DNA of 64,000 nt from Escherichia coli. GTDB taxonomy: Bacteria > Pseudomonadota > Gammaproteobacteria > Enterobacterales > Enterobacteriaceae. The position numbers and the translations under genes were made by a program. Location: NCBI RefSeq assembly GCF_013122565.1, contig NZ_CP053258.1; one strand, written 5' to 3'. Below the pieces are notes generated by a model that did not search any database, was not told the origin of the DNA, and saw nothing but the letters and a program-made list of their open reading frames with translations. This document shows positions 38,899 through 54,789 of the stretch, in pieces; the first letter of the stretch is position 1; every line of letters starts with the position of its first letter.

Positions 38899-40395
38899 AT
38901 GGCTCACCCTCATTTATTAGCGGAAAGAATTTCCCGCCTGAGCAGTTCGTTGGAAAAGGGGCTTTATGAACGTAGCCACGCCATCCGCTTGTGTTTATTA
39001 GCGGCATTAAGTGGTGAAAGTGTGTTCCTCCTTGGCCCGCCAGGTATTGCCAAAAGTTTGATCGCCCGGCGCTTAAAATTCGCCTTTCAGAATGCCCGCG
39101 CGTTTGAATATCTGATGACCCGCTTCTCCACGCCGGAAGAAGTTTTTGGTCCACTTTCTATTCAGGCGCTAAAAGATGAAGGGCGCTATGAACGTTTAAC
39201 CAGCGGTTACTTGCCGGAAGCAGAAATCGTCTTTCTGGATGAGATCTGGAAAGCGGGCCCGGCAATTCTTAATACCCTGCTCACCGCCATTAACGAGCGC
39301 CAGTTCCGCAACGGTGCACACGTAGAAAAAATCCCGATGCGCCTGCTGGTGGCGGCCTCCAACGAGCTGCCGGAAGCAGACAGCAGTCTGGAAGCGTTAT
39401 ATGACCGCATGCTGATTCGTCTGTGGTTAGATAAAGTGCAGGATAAAGCGAATTTCCGCTCCATGCTGACCAGTCAACAGGATGAAAACGACAATCCGGT
39501 TCCTGCCTCCTTGCAGGTCACAGATGAAGAATATGAACGCTGGCAGAAAGAGATTGGTGAAATTACGCTGCCCGATCATGTATTTGAGTTGATTTTTATG
39601 CTGCGCCAGCAACTGGATAAATTACCGGATGCGCCTTATGTCTCGGATCGTCGCTGGAAAAAAGCGATCCGCTTATTGCAGGCCAGCGCCTTTTTTAGCG
39701 GTCGCAGTGCTGTTGCCCCGGTAGATCTCATTTTGCTGAAAGATTGCCTGTGGTATGACGCGCAAAGCCTGAATTTGATACAACAACAAATTGATGTATT
39801 GATGACCGGTCACGCCTGGCAACAGCAAGGGATGTTGACCCGCCTGGGCGCGATTGTGCAACGTCACCTGCAACTCCAGCAGCAACAAAGCGATAAAACA
39901 GCCTTAACGGTAATTCGTCTGGGCGGCATTTTCAGCCGTCGTCAGCAGTATCAACTCCCTGTTAACGTTACTGCTTCCACTCTGACTCTGCTGCTGCAAA
40001 AACCGTTAAAACTGCATGATATGGAAGTGGCTCATATCTCCTTTGAGCGTAGCGCGCTGGAACAGTGGCTGAGCAAAGGTGGTGAAATTCGCGGGAAACT
40101 AAACGGTATCGGCTTTGCCCAGAAACTGAATCTGGAAGTTGATAGCGCCCAACATCTTGTTGTACGCGATGTAAGTTTACAAGGTAGTACGCTGGCACTT
40201 CCCGGTTCATCGGCTGAAGGTCTGCCAGGTGAAATAAAACAACAACTGGAAGAGCTTGAAAGCGACTGGCGCAAGCAACACGTTTTATTCAGCGAACAGC
40301 AAAAATGTCTGTTTATCCCTGGCGACTGGTTAGGTCGCATTGAAGCCAGCCTACAGGATGTCGGCGCACAGATTCGCCAGGCACAACAATGCTAA
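38899..40395 (+). CDS. ravA: MoxR-family AAA+ ATPase RavA
   Basis: ORF 38875..40395; start set at [53 protein letters not shown] (Walker A); 498 aa. Confidence 0.9.
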   Translation: MAHPHLLAERISRLSSSLEKGLYERSHAIRLCLLAALSGESVFLLGPPGIAKSLIARRLKFAFQNARAFEYLMTRFSTPEEVFGPLSIQALKDEGRYERLTSGYLPEAEIVFLDEIWKAGPAILNTLLTAINERQFRNGAHVEKIPMRLLVAASNELPEADSSLEALYDRMLIRLWLDKVQDKANFRSMLTSQQDENDNPVPASLQVTDEEYERWQKEIGEITLPDHVFELIFMLRQQLDKLPDAPYVSDRRWKKAIRLLQASAFFSGRSAVAPVDLILLKDCLWYDAQSLNLIQQQIDVLMTGHAWQQQGMLTRLGAIVQRHLQLQQQQSDKTALTVIRLGGIFSRRQQYQLPVNVTASTLTLLLQKPLKLHDMEVAHISFERSALEQWLSKGGEIRGKLNGIGFAQKLNLEVDSAQHLVVRDVSLQGSTLALPGSSAEGLPGEIKQQLEELESDWRKQHVLFSEQQKCLFIPGDWLGRIEASLQDVGAQIRQAQQC

Positions 40396-41840
40396 CGCTG
40401 GATACGCTCAATGTGATGCTGGCCGTCAGCGAAGAGGGATTGATCGAAGAGATGATCATCGCACTGCTGGCCTCACCGCAGCTAGCGGTCTTCTTTGAAA
40501 AATTCCCACGACTGAAGGCGGCAATCACTGATGATGTTCCCCGCTGGCGTGAGGCGCTGCGTAATCGGCTGAAAGATGCCCGAGTCCCGCCAGAACTCAC
40601 CGAAGAGGTTATGTGCTATCAGCAAAGCCAGCTCCTCTCCACGCCGCAGTTTATTGTGCAGCTACCACAGATCATGGACTTACTGCATCGTCTGAATTCC
40701 CCATGGGCAGAACAAGCCCGGCAGTTGGTTGATACTAACAGCACGATCACTTCAGCGTTACACACGCTTTTTCTCCAGCGTTGGCGTTTAAGTCTGATCG
40801 TGCAAGCAACGACGTTAAATCAACAGCTATTAGAAGAAGAACGCGAACAACTGTTGAGTGAAGTTCAGGAACGCATGACGCTGAGCGGACAACTTGAACC
40901 GATTCTCGCAGATAACAATACCGCAGCGGGTCGTCTGTGGGATATGAGCGCCGGTCAGCTTAAACGTGGCGACTATCAGTTGATTGTGAAATACGGTGAA
41001 TTTCTTAACGAACAGCCGGAACTGAAACGCCTGGCAGAACAGCTGGGGCGTTCCCGGGAAGCCAAATCAATACCGCGCAACGATGCGCAGATGGAAACCT
41101 TCCGCACCATGGTGCGCGAACCGGCGACGGTTCCTGAGCAGGTTGATGGTCTGCAACAAAGCGATGATATTTTACGTCTCCTGCCGCCAGAACTGGCGAC
41201 ACTAGGGATAACGGAACTGGAGTATGAGTTTTACCGTCGGCTGGTGGAAAAACAGTTGCTCACCTATCGCCTGCACGGTGAGTCGTGGCGAGAAAAAGTG
41301 ATCGAACGTCCGGTGGTACATAAAGATTACGACGAACAGCCGCGCGGACCGTTTATTGTCTGTGTGGATACTTCCGGCTCAATGGGCGGCTTTAATGAAC
41401 AGTGTGCGAAAGCGTTCTGCCTGGCCTTGATGCGCATTGCTCTCGCTGAAAACCGGCGCTGTTATATTATGCTATTTTCCACCGAGATCGTCCGTTATGA
41501 GCTTTCAGGCCCACAAGGCATCGAACAAGCAATCCGTTTTTTAAGCCAGCAGTTTCGTGGCGGCACCGATCTTGCCAGTTGTTTTCGCGCCATTATGGAA
41601 CGCTTGCAAAGCAGGGAATGGTTTGATGCCGATGCGGTGGTGATTTCTGATTTTATCGCCCAGCGGTTGCCTGACGACGTGACGAGTAAAGTGAAAGAGC
41701 TACAGCGGGTACATCAGCATCGCTTTCATGCCGTGGCGATGTCGGCACACGGCAAACCCGGCATCATGCGCATTTTCGATCATATCTGGCGCTTTGATAC
41801 CGGGATGCGAAGCCGCCTGCTCAGACGCTGGCGGCGATAA
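40389..41840 (+). CDS. viaA: VWA-domain protein ViaA, partner of RavA
   Basis: 483-aa ORF overlapping the ravA stop by 7 nt; C-terminal region with VWA-like DTSGSM motif. Confidence 0.9.
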   Translation: MLTLDTLNVMLAVSEEGLIEEMIIALLASPQLAVFFEKFPRLKAAITDDVPRWREALRNRLKDARVPPELTEEVMCYQQSQLLSTPQFIVQLPQIMDLLHRLNSPWAEQARQLVDTNSTITSALHTLFLQRWRLSLIVQATTLNQQLLEEEREQLLSEVQERMTLSGQLEPILADNNTAAGRLWDMSAGQLKRGDYQLIVKYGEFLNEQPELKRLAEQLGRSREAKSIPRNDAQMETFRTMVREPATVPEQVDGLQQSDDILRLLPPELATLGITELEYEFYRRLVEKQLLTYRLHGESWREKVIERPVVHKDYDEQPRGPFIVCVDTSGSMGGFNEQCAKAFCLALMRIALAENRRCYIMLFSTEIVRYELSGPQGIEQAIRFLSQQFRGGTDLASCFRAIMERLQSREWFDADAVVISDFIAQRLPDDVTSKVKELQRVHQHRFHAVAMSAHGKPGIMRIFDHIWRFDTGMRSRLLRRWRR

Positions 41841-41844
41841 ATTA

Positions 41845-42837
41845 TTACAGCAGAGAAGGGACGCTCTCGCGAACAGCAGCTGGCCATACTCCACACTGAA
41901 CCTGGCCGATATGCGGCAGTTGCAGCAGCAGCATGGTCAAACGAGACTGGCCGATACCGCCGCCGATGGTCTGCGGCATTTCACCGCGCAGCAGCGCCTG
42001 ATGCCACTCCAGCTGCAGACGATCTTCATCACCGGTCAGCGCCAGCTGATGCTTCAGCGTCTCGGCATCTACACGGATCCCCATGGAAGAAAGCTCAAAC
42101 GCATCTTCCAGTACCGGGTTCCACACCAGAATATCGCCGTTCAGACCCGCATGGCCCAGCTCTGACGGGGTGCTCCAGTCATCATAATCCGGTGCGCGCA
42201 CGTCATGGCGATGACCATCGCTCAGCTTGCCGCCAATCCCGACCAGGAATACCGCGCCAAGATCTTTCGCAATCGCCCGCTCACGCCCTTTGGCATCGAG
42301 ATCCGGATAACGAGACAGTAACTCCTGGCTGTGTACGAAGTGGATCTGATCCGGCAGGAACGGTGCCAGGCCAAACTCTTCGCTAACCGCAGCTTCGGTT
42401 GCTTTAATTCCCGCCCAGATCGCCTCTACCGTGCTTTTCAGAGTCGAGAATTGACGCTCGCCGTCGCCCATTACGCGTTCCCAGTCCCACTGGTCTACAT
42501 AGACCGAGTGCAACGGAGAAAGACGGTCTTCATCGGGGCGAAGGGCTTTCATGTGCGTGTACAGCCCTTCGCCCGCGCTGAAGTCGTGTTGCCCTAAGGT
42601 CTGACGTTTCCATTTCGCCAGTGAATGAACCACTTCGAACTGGGCATCAGGCAGAGCTTTCACTTTTACCTGTACCGCTTTTTCACAGCCCGACAAGTTA
42701 TCCTGCGTGCCATCCCCCACACGGCTAAGAATCGGCGCCTGGACTTCGATCAGCCCCAGACGTTCTTCCAGTTGACGAGAAAAGTGAGATTTCACGAAGC
42801 TAATTTGGCGTTGTTTGGCAATGTAAGCGGTTTTCAT
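41845..42837 (-). CDS. asnA: Aspartate-ammonia ligase (asparagine synthetase A)
   Basis: 330-aa [53 protein letters not shown]...; divergent from asnC. Confidence 0.95.
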   Translation of the reverse strand: MKTAYIAKQRQISFVKSHFSRQLEERLGLIEVQAPILSRVGDGTQDNLSGCEKAVQVKVKALPDAQFEVVHSLAKWKRQTLGQHDFSAGEGLYTHMKALRPDEDRLSPLHSVYVDQWDWERVMGDGERQFSTLKSTVEAIWAGIKATEAAVSEEFGLAPFLPDQIHFVHSQELLSRYPDLDAKGRERAIAKDLGAVFLVGIGGKLSDGHRHDVRAPDYDDWSTPSELGHAGLNGDILVWNPVLEDAFELSSMGIRVDAETLKHQLALTGDEDRLQLEWHQALLRGEMPQTIGGGIGQSRLTMLLLQLPHIGQVQCGVWPAAVRESVPSLL

Positions 42838-42988
42838 TTTTTATACTCCTGCGTCCTGTTGCTTATGATTAAGCAACAAAAACCGACACACATGCAATAA
42901 TCATTCAATAAAAAGCCTCGCGTACTTTTGATTCATTAAAAAAGAAGGCTAAAATAGAATGAATCATCAATCCGCATAAGAAAATCCT

Positions 42989-43447
42989 ATGGAAAATTAT
43001 CTGATCGACAATCTGGACCGAGGCATCCTGGAAGCATTAATGGGCAATGCGCGCACCGCTTACGCCGAACTGGCGAAACAATTTGGCGTCAGTCCGGGGA
43101 CGATTCACGTTCGAGTAGAGAAAATGAAGCAGGCGGGAATCATTACCGGGGCGCGTATTGATGTCAGCCCGAAGCAGCTCGGTTATGACGTAGGCTGCTT
43201 TATCGGCATTATATTAAAGAGCGCCAAAGACTATCCTTCGGCGCTGGCGAAACTGGAAAGCCTTGATGAAGTGACCGAGGCGTACTACACCACCGGCCAC
43301 TACAGCATCTTTATAAAAGTGATGTGCCGTTCGATCGATGCTCTCCAGCATGTACTTATCAACAAGATCCAAACAATTGATGAAATTCAGTCCACCGAGA
43401 CATTGATCGTCCTGCAGAACCCGATCATGCGTACCATCAAGCCCTGA
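42989..43447 (+). CDS. asnC: Lrp/AsnC-family transcriptional regulator AsnC
   Basis: 152-aa ORF MENYLIDNLDRGILEALMGNARTAYAELAKQFGVSPGTIHVRVEKMKQAGIITGARIDV... Confidence 0.95.
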   Translation: MENYLIDNLDRGILEALMGNARTAYAELAKQFGVSPGTIHVRVEKMKQAGIITGARIDVSPKQLGYDVGCFIGIILKSAKDYPSALAKLESLDEVTEAYYTTGHYSIFIKVMCRSIDALQHVLINKIQTIDEIQSTETLIVLQNPIMRTIKP

Positions 43448-43460
43448 TCGGCTTTTTTAA
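43439..43460 (+). terminator. Short terminator-like hairpin at the asnC 3' end
   Basis: aagcc-ctgatc-ggctt followed by ttttt, overlapping the asnC stop; a DnaA-box-like ttttccaca follows at about 43469-43477 in the mioC promoter region. Confidence 0.5.
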
Positions 43461-43536
43461 TCCCATACTTTTCCACAGGTAGATCCCAACGCGTTCACAG
43501 CGTACAATACGCCACTCTTAATAAAGGTGGCGGTTT

Positions 43537-43980
43537 ATGGCAGATATCACTCTTATCAGCGGCAGCACCCTCGGCGGTGCCGAATATGTAGCAGAACACC
43601 TGGCTGAAAAGCTGGAAGAGGCGGGTTTTACCACCGAAACGCTGCACGGTCCGCTGTTGGAAGATTTATCTGCCTCTGGGATCTGGCTGGTTATCAGCTC
43701 AACCCACGGTGCCGGAGATATTCCGGACAACCTTTCTCCTTTCTATGAAGCATTGCAGGAACAGAAGCCCGATCTTTCTGCGGTCCGCTTTGGCGCAATC
43801 GGTATTGGTAGTCGAGAATATGACACCTTTTGTGGGGCTATCGATAAACTCGAGGCAGAACTCAAAAATTCCGGTGCAAAACAGACAGGCGAAACACTGA
43901 AGATCAACATTCTTGATCACGACATTCCGGAAGATCCGGCAGAAGAATGGCTGGGATCGTGGATTAATTTACTCAAATAA
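43537..43980 (+). CDS. mioC: Flavodoxin-like FMN protein MioC
   Basis: 147-aa ORF MADITLISGSTLGGAEYVAEHLAEKLEEAGFTTETLHGPLLEDL...; transcribed toward oriC. Confidence 0.95.
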   Translation: MADITLISGSTLGGAEYVAEHLAEKLEEAGFTTETLHGPLLEDLSASGIWLVISSTHGAGDIPDNLSPFYEALQEQKPDLSAVRFGAIGIGSREYDTFCGAIDKLEAELKNSGAKQTGETLKINILDHDIPEDPAEEWLGSWINLLK

Positions 43981-43997
43981 GCATACAGATCGTGCGA

Positions 43998-44270
43998 TCT
44001 ACTGTGGATAACTCTGTCAGGAAGCTTGGATCAACCGGTAGTTATCCAAAGAACAACCGTTGTTCAGTTTTTGAGTTGTGTATAACCCCTCATTCTGATC
44101 CCAGCTTATACGGTCCAGGATCACCGATCATTCACAGCTAATGATCCTTTCCAGGTTGTTGATCTTAAAAGCCGGATCCTTGTTATCCACAGGGCAGTGC
44201 GATCCTAATAAGAGATCACAATAGAACAGATCTCTAAATAAATAGATCTTCTTTTTAATACCCAGGATCC
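43998..44270. other. Chromosomal replication origin oriC
   Basis: DnaA boxes tgtggataa (44004-44012) and ttatccaca (44183-44191) plus further 9-mers; three AT-rich 13-mers ctaataagagatc / aatagaacagatc / aaataaatagatc (about 44205-44248); at least 11 GATC sites in about 280 bp; sits between mioC and mnmG (gidA). Confidence 0.95.
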
Positions 44271-44358
44271 CAGGTCTTTCTCAAGCCGACAAAGTTGAGT
44301 AGAATCCACGGCCCGGGCTTCAATCCATTTTCATACCGCGTTATGCGAGGCAATCACC

Positions 44359-46248
44359 ATGTTTTATCCGGATCCTTTTGACGTCATCATCATTGGCGGG
44401 GGTCATGCAGGCACCGAGGCCGCGATGGCCGCGGCGCGTATGGGTCAACAGACTCTGCTTTTGACACACAATATCGACACTCTGGGGCAGATGAGCTGCA
44501 ACCCGGCGATCGGCGGTATTGGGAAGGGACATCTGGTAAAAGAAGTGGATGCACTCGGCGGTCTGATGGCGAAAGCGATCGATCAGGCGGGTATCCAGTT
44601 TAGGATACTAAACGCAAGCAAGGGACCGGCAGTTCGCGCTACCCGAGCTCAGGCGGATCGTGTGCTCTACCGTCAGGCGGTACGTACGGCGCTGGAGAAC
44701 CAACCGAACCTGATGATCTTCCAGCAGGCGGTTGAAGATCTTATTGTCGAAAACGATCGCGTGGTCGGTGCTGTTACCCAAATGGGACTGAAGTTCCGTG
44801 CCAAAGCCGTCGTGCTCACCGTTGGGACGTTCCTCGACGGTAAAATTCATATCGGTCTGGATAACTACAGCGGTGGCCGTGCTGGTGATCCGCCGTCCAT
44901 TCCGCTTTCTCGCCGTTTGCGTGAACTGCCGCTGCGCGTTGGTCGTCTGAAAACCGGGACACCACCGCGTATTGATGCTCGAACCATCGACTTTAGCGTG
45001 CTGGCGCAACAGCATGGTGATAACCCAATGCCGGTATTCTCGTTTATGGGCAGTGCGTCCCAGCATCCCCAGCAGGTGCCGTGTTATATCACTCATACCA
45101 ACGAGAAAACCCATGATGTGATCCGCAGTAACCTCGATCGTAGCCCAATGTACGCAGGGGTGATCGAAGGTGTCGGCCCACGCTACTGCCCGTCGATCGA
45201 AGACAAAGTCATGCGCTTCGCCGACAGAAATCAGCATCAGATCTTCCTTGAACCGGAAGGGCTGACCTCTAACGAAATTTATCCGAATGGTATCTCCACC
45301 AGCCTGCCGTTCGATGTGCAGATGCAAATCGTCCGCTCTATGCAGGGGATGGAAAACGCGAAGATCGTGCGTCCGGGTTATGCCATTGAGTATGACTTCT
45401 TCGATCCTCGCGACCTGAAACCGACGCTGGAGAGCAAGTTTATCCAGGGGCTGTTCTTTGCTGGTCAAATTAACGGCACTACCGGTTACGAAGAAGCCGC
45501 TGCGCAAGGTTTGCTGGCTGGTCTTAACGCTGCCCGTCTGTCTGCAGACAAAGAAGGTTGGGCTCCGGCGCGTTCTCAGGCGTATCTCGGAGTACTAGTT
45601 GATGACCTGTGCACTTTAGGAACCAAAGAACCGTATCGTATGTTTACTTCGCGCGCAGAATATCGTCTGATGCTGCGCGAAGATAATGCGGATCTGCGTT
45701 TGACTGAAATTGGTCGTGAACTGGGCCTGGTGGATGACGAACGTTGGGCGCGCTTTAACGAGAAACTTGAGAATATCGAGCGTGAGCGTCAGCGTCTGAA
45801 ATCGACCTGGGTAACCCCGTCGGCGGAAGCTGCAGCCGAAGTGAATGCTCACCTGACTGCGCCGCTTTCCCGTGAAGCCAGTGGTGAAGATCTGCTGCGT
45901 CGTCCGGAAATGACTTATGAAAAATTAACCACGCTGACGCCGTTTGCCCCTGCGTTGACAGACGAACAGGCGGCGGAACAGGTTGAGATTCAGGTTAAAT
46001 ACGAAGGTTATATCGCGCGCCAGCAAGATGAGATCGAAAAGCAGCTGCGTAACGAGAACACCCTGCTACCCGCGACACTGGATTACCGCCAGGTATCCGG
46101 TCTTTCTAACGAAGTGATCGCCAAACTTAACGATCACAAACCGGCCTCTATCGGCCAGGCTTCACGTATTTCTGGCGTCACGCCTGCGGCCATCTCCATT
46201 CTGCTGGTGTGGCTGAAAAAACAGGGTATGCTGCGTCGTAGCGCATAA
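44359..46248 (+). CDS. mnmG: tRNA uridine-5-carboxymethylaminomethyl modification enzyme MnmG (GidA)
   Basis: 629-aa [65 protein letters not shown] (FAD-binding GxGxxG). Confidence 0.95.
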   Translation: MFYPDPFDVIIIGGGHAGTEAAMAAARMGQQTLLLTHNIDTLGQMSCNPAIGGIGKGHLVKEVDALGGLMAKAIDQAGIQFRILNASKGPAVRATRAQADRVLYRQAVRTALENQPNLMIFQQAVEDLIVENDRVVGAVTQMGLKFRAKAVVLTVGTFLDGKIHIGLDNYSGGRAGDPPSIPLSRRLRELPLRVGRLKTGTPPRIDARTIDFSVLAQQHGDNPMPVFSFMGSASQHPQQVPCYITHTNEKTHDVIRSNLDRSPMYAGVIEGVGPRYCPSIEDKVMRFADRNQHQIFLEPEGLTSNEIYPNGISTSLPFDVQMQIVRSMQGMENAKIVRPGYAIEYDFFDPRDLKPTLESKFIQGLFFAGQINGTTGYEEAAAQGLLAGLNAARLSADKEGWAPARSQAYLGVLVDDLCTLGTKEPYRMFTSRAEYRLMLREDNADLRLTEIGRELGLVDDERWARFNEKLENIERERQRLKSTWVTPSAEAAAEVNAHLTAPLSREASGEDLLRRPEMTYEKLTTLTPFAPALTDEQAAEQVEIQVKYEGYIARQQDEIEKQLRNENTLLPATLDYRQVSGLSNEVIAKLNDHKPASIGQASRISGVTPAAISILLVWLKKQGMLRRSA

Positions 46249-46311
46249 CGCATTAAAAATGCCTGGTAAGCACCCGCTTACCAGGCAACGCATCAAGAAC
46301 AGGTAATCACC

Positions 46312-46935
46312 GTGCTCAACAAACTCTCCTTACTGCTGAAAGACGCAGGTATTTCGCTTACCGATCACCAGAAAAACCAGCTTATTGCCTACGTGAATAT
46401 GCTGCATAAATGGAACAAAGCGTACAACCTGACTTCGGTCCGCGATCCTAATGAGATGCTGGTACGCCATATTCTCGATAGCATTGTGGTGGCACCGTAT
46501 CTGCAAGGTGAACGGTTTATCGATGTCGGCACCGGTCCTGGACTGCCTGGCATTCCACTCTCTATCGTGCGTCCTGAAGCCCATTTCACTCTGTTGGATA
46601 GCCTTGGTAAACGCGTGCGTTTCCTTCGTCAGGTGCAACATGAGCTTAAACTGGAGAATATTGAGCCAGTACAGAGCAGGGTAGAAGAGTTTCCTTCAGA
46701 GCCGCCATTTGATGGCGTAATTAGCCGCGCTTTTGCCTCTCTGAACGATATGGTGAGCTGGTGTCACCATCTTCCTGGTGAGCAAGGCCGTTTCTACGCG
46801 CTGAAAGGGCAAATGCCGGAAGATGAAATCGCTTTGTTGCCCGAAGAATATAAGGTCGAATCAGTGGTTAAACTTCAGGTTCCAGCCCTGGATGGCGAAC
46901 GTCATCTGGTGGTGATTAAAGCAAATAAAATTTAA
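46312..46935 (+). CDS. rsmG: 16S rRNA m7G527 methyltransferase RsmG (GidB)
   Basis: 207-aa ORF from GTG 46312 ([42 protein letters not shown]...). Confidence 0.9.
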   Translation: MLNKLSLLLKDAGISLTDHQKNQLIAYVNMLHKWNKAYNLTSVRDPNEMLVRHILDSIVVAPYLQGERFIDVGTGPGLPGIPLSIVRPEAHFTLLDSLGKRVRFLRQVQHELKLENIEPVQSRVEEFPSEPPFDGVISRAFASLNDMVSWCHHLPGEQGRFYALKGQMPEDEIALLPEEYKVESVVKLQVPALDGERHLVVIKANKI

Positions 46936-47551
46936 TTTTTATCAAAAAAATCATAAAAAATTGACCGGTTAGACTGTTAACAACAACCAGGTTTTCTACT
47001 GATATAACTGGTTACATTTAACGCCACGTTCACTCTTTTGCATCAACAAGATAACGTGGCTTTTTTTGGTAAGCAGAAAATAAGTCATTAGTGAAAATAT
47101 CAGTCTGCTAAAAATCGGCGCTAAGAATCATCATTGGCTGTTAAAACATTATTAAAAATGTCAATGGGTGGTTTTTGTTGTGTAAATGTCATTTATTAAA
47201 ACAGTATCTGTTTTTAGACTGAAATATCATAAACTTGCAAAGGCATCATTTGCCAAGTAAATAAATATGCTGTGCGCGAACATGCTCAATATGTGATCTG
47301 AAGCACGCTTTATCACCAGTGTTTACGCGTTATTTACAGTTTTTCATGATCGAACAGGGTTAGCAGAAAAGTCGCAATTGTATGCACTGGAAAAATATTT
47401 AAACATTTATTCACCTTTTGGCTACTTATTGTTTGAAATCACGGGGGCGCACCGTATAATTTGACCGCTTTTTGATGCTTGACTCTAAGCCTTAAAGAAA
47501 GTTTTATACGACACGCGGCATACCTCGAAGGGAGCAGGAGTGAAAAACGTG

Positions 47552-48756
<1,205 letters not shown>

Positions 48757-48784
48757 TTTACCAACACTACTACGTTTTAACTGA

Positions 48785-49059
<275 letters not shown>

Positions 49060-49103
49060 TAAAGAGCAATATCAGAACGTTAACTAAATAGAGGCATTGT
49101 GCT

Positions 49104-49574
49104 GTGAATCTTAACGCAACAATCCTCGGCCAGGCCATCGCGTTTGTCCTGTTCGTTCTGTTCTGCATGAAGTACGTATGGCCGCCATTAATGGCAGCCA
49201 TCGAAAAACGTCAAAAAGAAATTGCTGACGGCCTTGCTTCCGCAGAACGAGCACATAAGGACCTTGACCTTGCAAAGGCCAGCGCGACCGACCAGCTGAA
49301 AAAAGCGAAAGCGGAAGCCCAGGTAATCATCGAGCAGGCGAACAAACGCCGCTCGCAGATTCTGGACGAAGCGAAAGCTGAGGCAGAACAGGAACGTACT
49401 AAAATCGTGGCCCAGGCGCAGGCGGAAATTGAAGCTGAGCGTAAACGTGCCCGTGAAGAGCTGCGTAAGCAAGTTGCTATCCTGGCTGTTGCTGGCGCCG
49501 AGAAGATCATCGAACGTTCCGTGGATGAAGCTGCTAACAGCGACATCGTGGATAAACTTGTCGCTGAACTGTAA
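49104..49574 (+). CDS. atpF: F0F1 ATP synthase subunit b
   Basis: 156-aa ORF from GTG 49104 ([44 protein letters not shown]...). Confidence 0.95.
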
Positions 49575-49588
49575 GGAGGGAGGGGCTG

Positions 49589-50122
49589 ATGTCTGAATTT
49601 ATTACGGTAGCTCGCCCCTACGCCAAAGCAGCTTTTGACTTTGCCGTCGAACACCAAAGTGTAGAACGCTGGCAGGACATGCTGGCGTTTGCCGCCGAGG
49701 TAACCAAAAACGAACAAATGGCAGAGCTTCTCTCTGGCGCGCTTGCGCCAGAAACGCTCGCCGAGTCGTTTATCGCAGTTTGTGGTGAGCAACTGGACGA
49801 AAACGGTCAGAACCTGATTCGGGTTATGGCTGAAAATGGTCGTCTTAACGCGCTCCCGGATGTTCTGGAGCAGTTTATTCACCTGCGTGCCGTGAGTGAG
49901 GCTACCGCTGAGGTAGACGTCATTTCCGCTGCCGCACTGAGTGAACAACAGCTCGCGAAAATTTCTGCTGCGATGGAAAAACGTCTGTCACGCAAAGTTA
50001 AGCTGAATTGCAAAATCGATAAGTCTGTAATGGCAGGCGTTATCATCCGAGCGGGTGATATGGTCATTGATGGCAGCGTACGCGGTCGTCTTGAGCGCCT
50101 TGCAGACGTCTTGCAGTCTTAA
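49589..50122 (+). CDS. atpH: F0F1 ATP synthase subunit delta
   Basis: 177-aa [51 protein letters not shown]... Confidence 0.95.
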
Positions 50123-50134
50123 GGGGACTGGAGC

Positions 50135-51676
50135 ATGCAACTGAATTCCACCGAAATCAGCGAACTGATCAAGCAGCGCATTGCTCAGTTCAATGTTGTG
50201 AGTGAAGCTCACAACGAAGGTACTATTGTTTCTGTAAGTGACGGTGTTATCCGCATTCACGGCCTGGCCGATTGTATGCAGGGTGAAATGATCTCCCTGC
50301 CGGGTAACCGTTACGCTATCGCACTGAACCTCGAGCGCGACTCTGTTGGTGCGGTTGTTATGGGTCCGTATGCTGACCTTGCCGAAGGCATGAAAGTTAA
50401 GTGTACTGGCCGTATCCTGGAAGTTCCGGTTGGCCGTGGCCTGCTGGGCCGTGTGGTTAACACTCTGGGGGCACCAATCGACGGTAAAGGTCCGCTGGAT
50501 CACGACGGCTTCTCTGCTGTAGAAGCAATCGCTCCGGGCGTTATCGAACGTCAGTCCGTAGATCAGCCGGTACAGACCGGTTATAAAGCCGTTGACTCCA
50601 TGATCCCAATTGGTCGTGGTCAGCGTGAATTGATCATCGGTGACCGTCAGACCGGTAAAACCGCACTGGCTATCGATGCCATCATCAACCAGCGCGATTC
50701 CGGTATCAAATGTATCTATGTCGCTATCGGCCAGAAAGCGTCCACCATTTCTAACGTGGTACGTAAACTGGAAGAGCACGGCGCACTGGCTAACACCATC
50801 GTTGTGGTAGCAACCGCGTCTGAATCCGCTGCACTGCAATACCTGGCACCGTACGCTGGTTGCGCAATGGGCGAATACTTCCGTGACCGCGGTGAAGATG
50901 CGCTGATCATTTACGATGACCTGTCTAAACAGGCTGTTGCTTACCGTCAGATCTCCCTGCTGCTCCGTCGTCCGCCAGGACGTGAAGCATTCCCGGGCGA
51001 CGTATTCTACCTCCACTCTCGTCTGCTGGAGCGTGCTGCGCGTGTTAACGCCGAATACGTTGAAGCTTTCACCAAAGGTGAAGTGAAAGGGAAAACCGGT
51101 TCACTGACCGCGCTGCCGATTATCGAAACTCAAGCGGGTGACGTTTCTGCGTTCGTTCCGACCAACGTAATCTCCATTACCGATGGTCAGATCTTCCTGG
51201 AAACCAACCTGTTCAACGCCGGTATTCGTCCTGCGGTTAACCCGGGTATTTCCGTATCCCGTGTTGGTGGTGCAGCACAGACCAAGATCATGAAAAAACT
51301 GTCCGGTGGTATCCGTACCGCTCTGGCACAGTATCGTGAACTGGCAGCGTTCTCTCAGTTTGCATCCGACCTTGACGATGCAACTCGTAAGCAGCTTGAC
51401 CACGGTCAAAAAGTGACCGAACTGCTGAAACAGAAACAGTATGCGCCGATGTCCGTTGCGCAGCAGTCTCTGGTTCTGTTCGCAGCAGAACGTGGTTACC
51501 TGGCGGATGTTGAACTGTCGAAAATCGGCAGCTTCGAAGCCGCTCTGCTGGCTTACGTCGACCGTGATCACGCTCCGTTGATGCAAGAGATCAACCAGAC
51601 CGGTGGCTACAACGACGAAATCGAAGGCAAGCTGAAAGGCATCCTCGATTCCTTCAAAGCAACCCAATCCTGGTAA
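50135..51676 (+). CDS. atpA: F0F1 ATP synthase subunit alpha
   Basis: 513-aa ORF with Walker A GDRQTGKT ([44 protein letters not shown]...). Confidence 0.95.
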
Positions 51677-51726
51677 CGTCTGGCGGCTTGTCTTAGGGCA
51701 GGCCGCAAGGCATTGAGGAGAAGCTC

Positions 51727-53999
<2,273 letters not shown>

Positions 54000-54019
54000 C
54001 GCCTTAATCGGAGGGTGAT

Positions 54020-54439
54020 ATGGCAATGACTTACCACCTGGACGTCGTCAGCGCAGAGCAACAAATGTTCTCTGGTCTGGTCGAGAAAATCCAGGTAACG
54101 GGTAGCGAAGGTGAACTGGGGATCTACCCTGGCCACGCACCGCTGCTCACCGCCATTAAGCCTGGTATGATTCGCATCGTGAAACAGCACGGTCACGAAG
54201 AGTTTATCTATCTGTCTGGCGGCATTCTTGAAGTGCAGCCTGGCAACGTGACCGTTCTGGCCGATACCGCAATTCGCGGCCAGGATCTCGACGAAGCGCG
54301 AGCCATGGAAGCGAAACGTAAGGCTGAAGAGCACATTAGCAGCTCTCACGGCGACGTAGATTACGCTCAGGCGTCTGCGGAACTGGCCAAAGCGATCGCG
54401 CAGCTGCGCGTTATCGAGTTGACCAAAAAAGCGATGTAA
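54020..54439 (+). CDS. atpC: F0F1 ATP synthase subunit epsilon
   Basis: 139-aa [57 protein letters not shown]... Confidence 0.95.
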
Positions 54440-54458
54440 CACCGGCTTGAAAAGCACA

Positions 54459-54491
54459 AAAGCCAGTCTGGAAACAGGCTGGCTTTTTTTT
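54459..54491 (+). terminator. atp operon intrinsic terminator
   Basis: aaaagccagtctg-gaaa-caggctggc followed by T8, 20 nt after the atpC stop. Confidence 0.85.
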
Positions 54492-54789
54492 ACGCGTTGA
54501 CCCGTCCTGAAGAGCGTTCACATAGATCCTGCTGATATAAAACCCCCTGTTTTCCCGTTTATTCATTGATCGAAATAAGAGCAAAAACATCCACCTGACG
54601 CTTAAATGAAGGTACTGTCTTAATTTTTGGCAGACAAATGGCGTGACTATGGTTGAAAATGGCGCTTTCGTCAGCGGGGATAATCCGTTATTGAACAATT
54701 TATCCTCTGTCCATTTCACGATGAAAAAAATGTAGTTTTTTCAAGGTGAAGCGGTTTAAATTCGTTCTCAAATTACAGTCAGGACGCGT

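Noticed and set aside
44608-45507. 299-aa minus-strand ORF antisense to mnmG.
   Set aside because: Fully embedded antisense to a conserved enzyme gene; typical GC-rich shadow ORF with no start context.
46936-47551. About 600-bp AT-rich region between rsmG and atpI, considered as a possible insertion or mobile remnant.
   Set aside because: Length and position match the known long atp operon promoter/leader region; no inverted repeats, transposase fragments or direct repeats seen.
49211-51016. Long minus-strand ORFs antisense to atpF/atpH/atpA (245 aa and 342 aa).
   Set aside because: Shadow ORFs opposite strongly codon-biased, highly expressed genes; low-complexity Ala/Ser/Arg-rich translations, no ribosome-binding site, and the sense strand encodes complete ATP synthase subunits.
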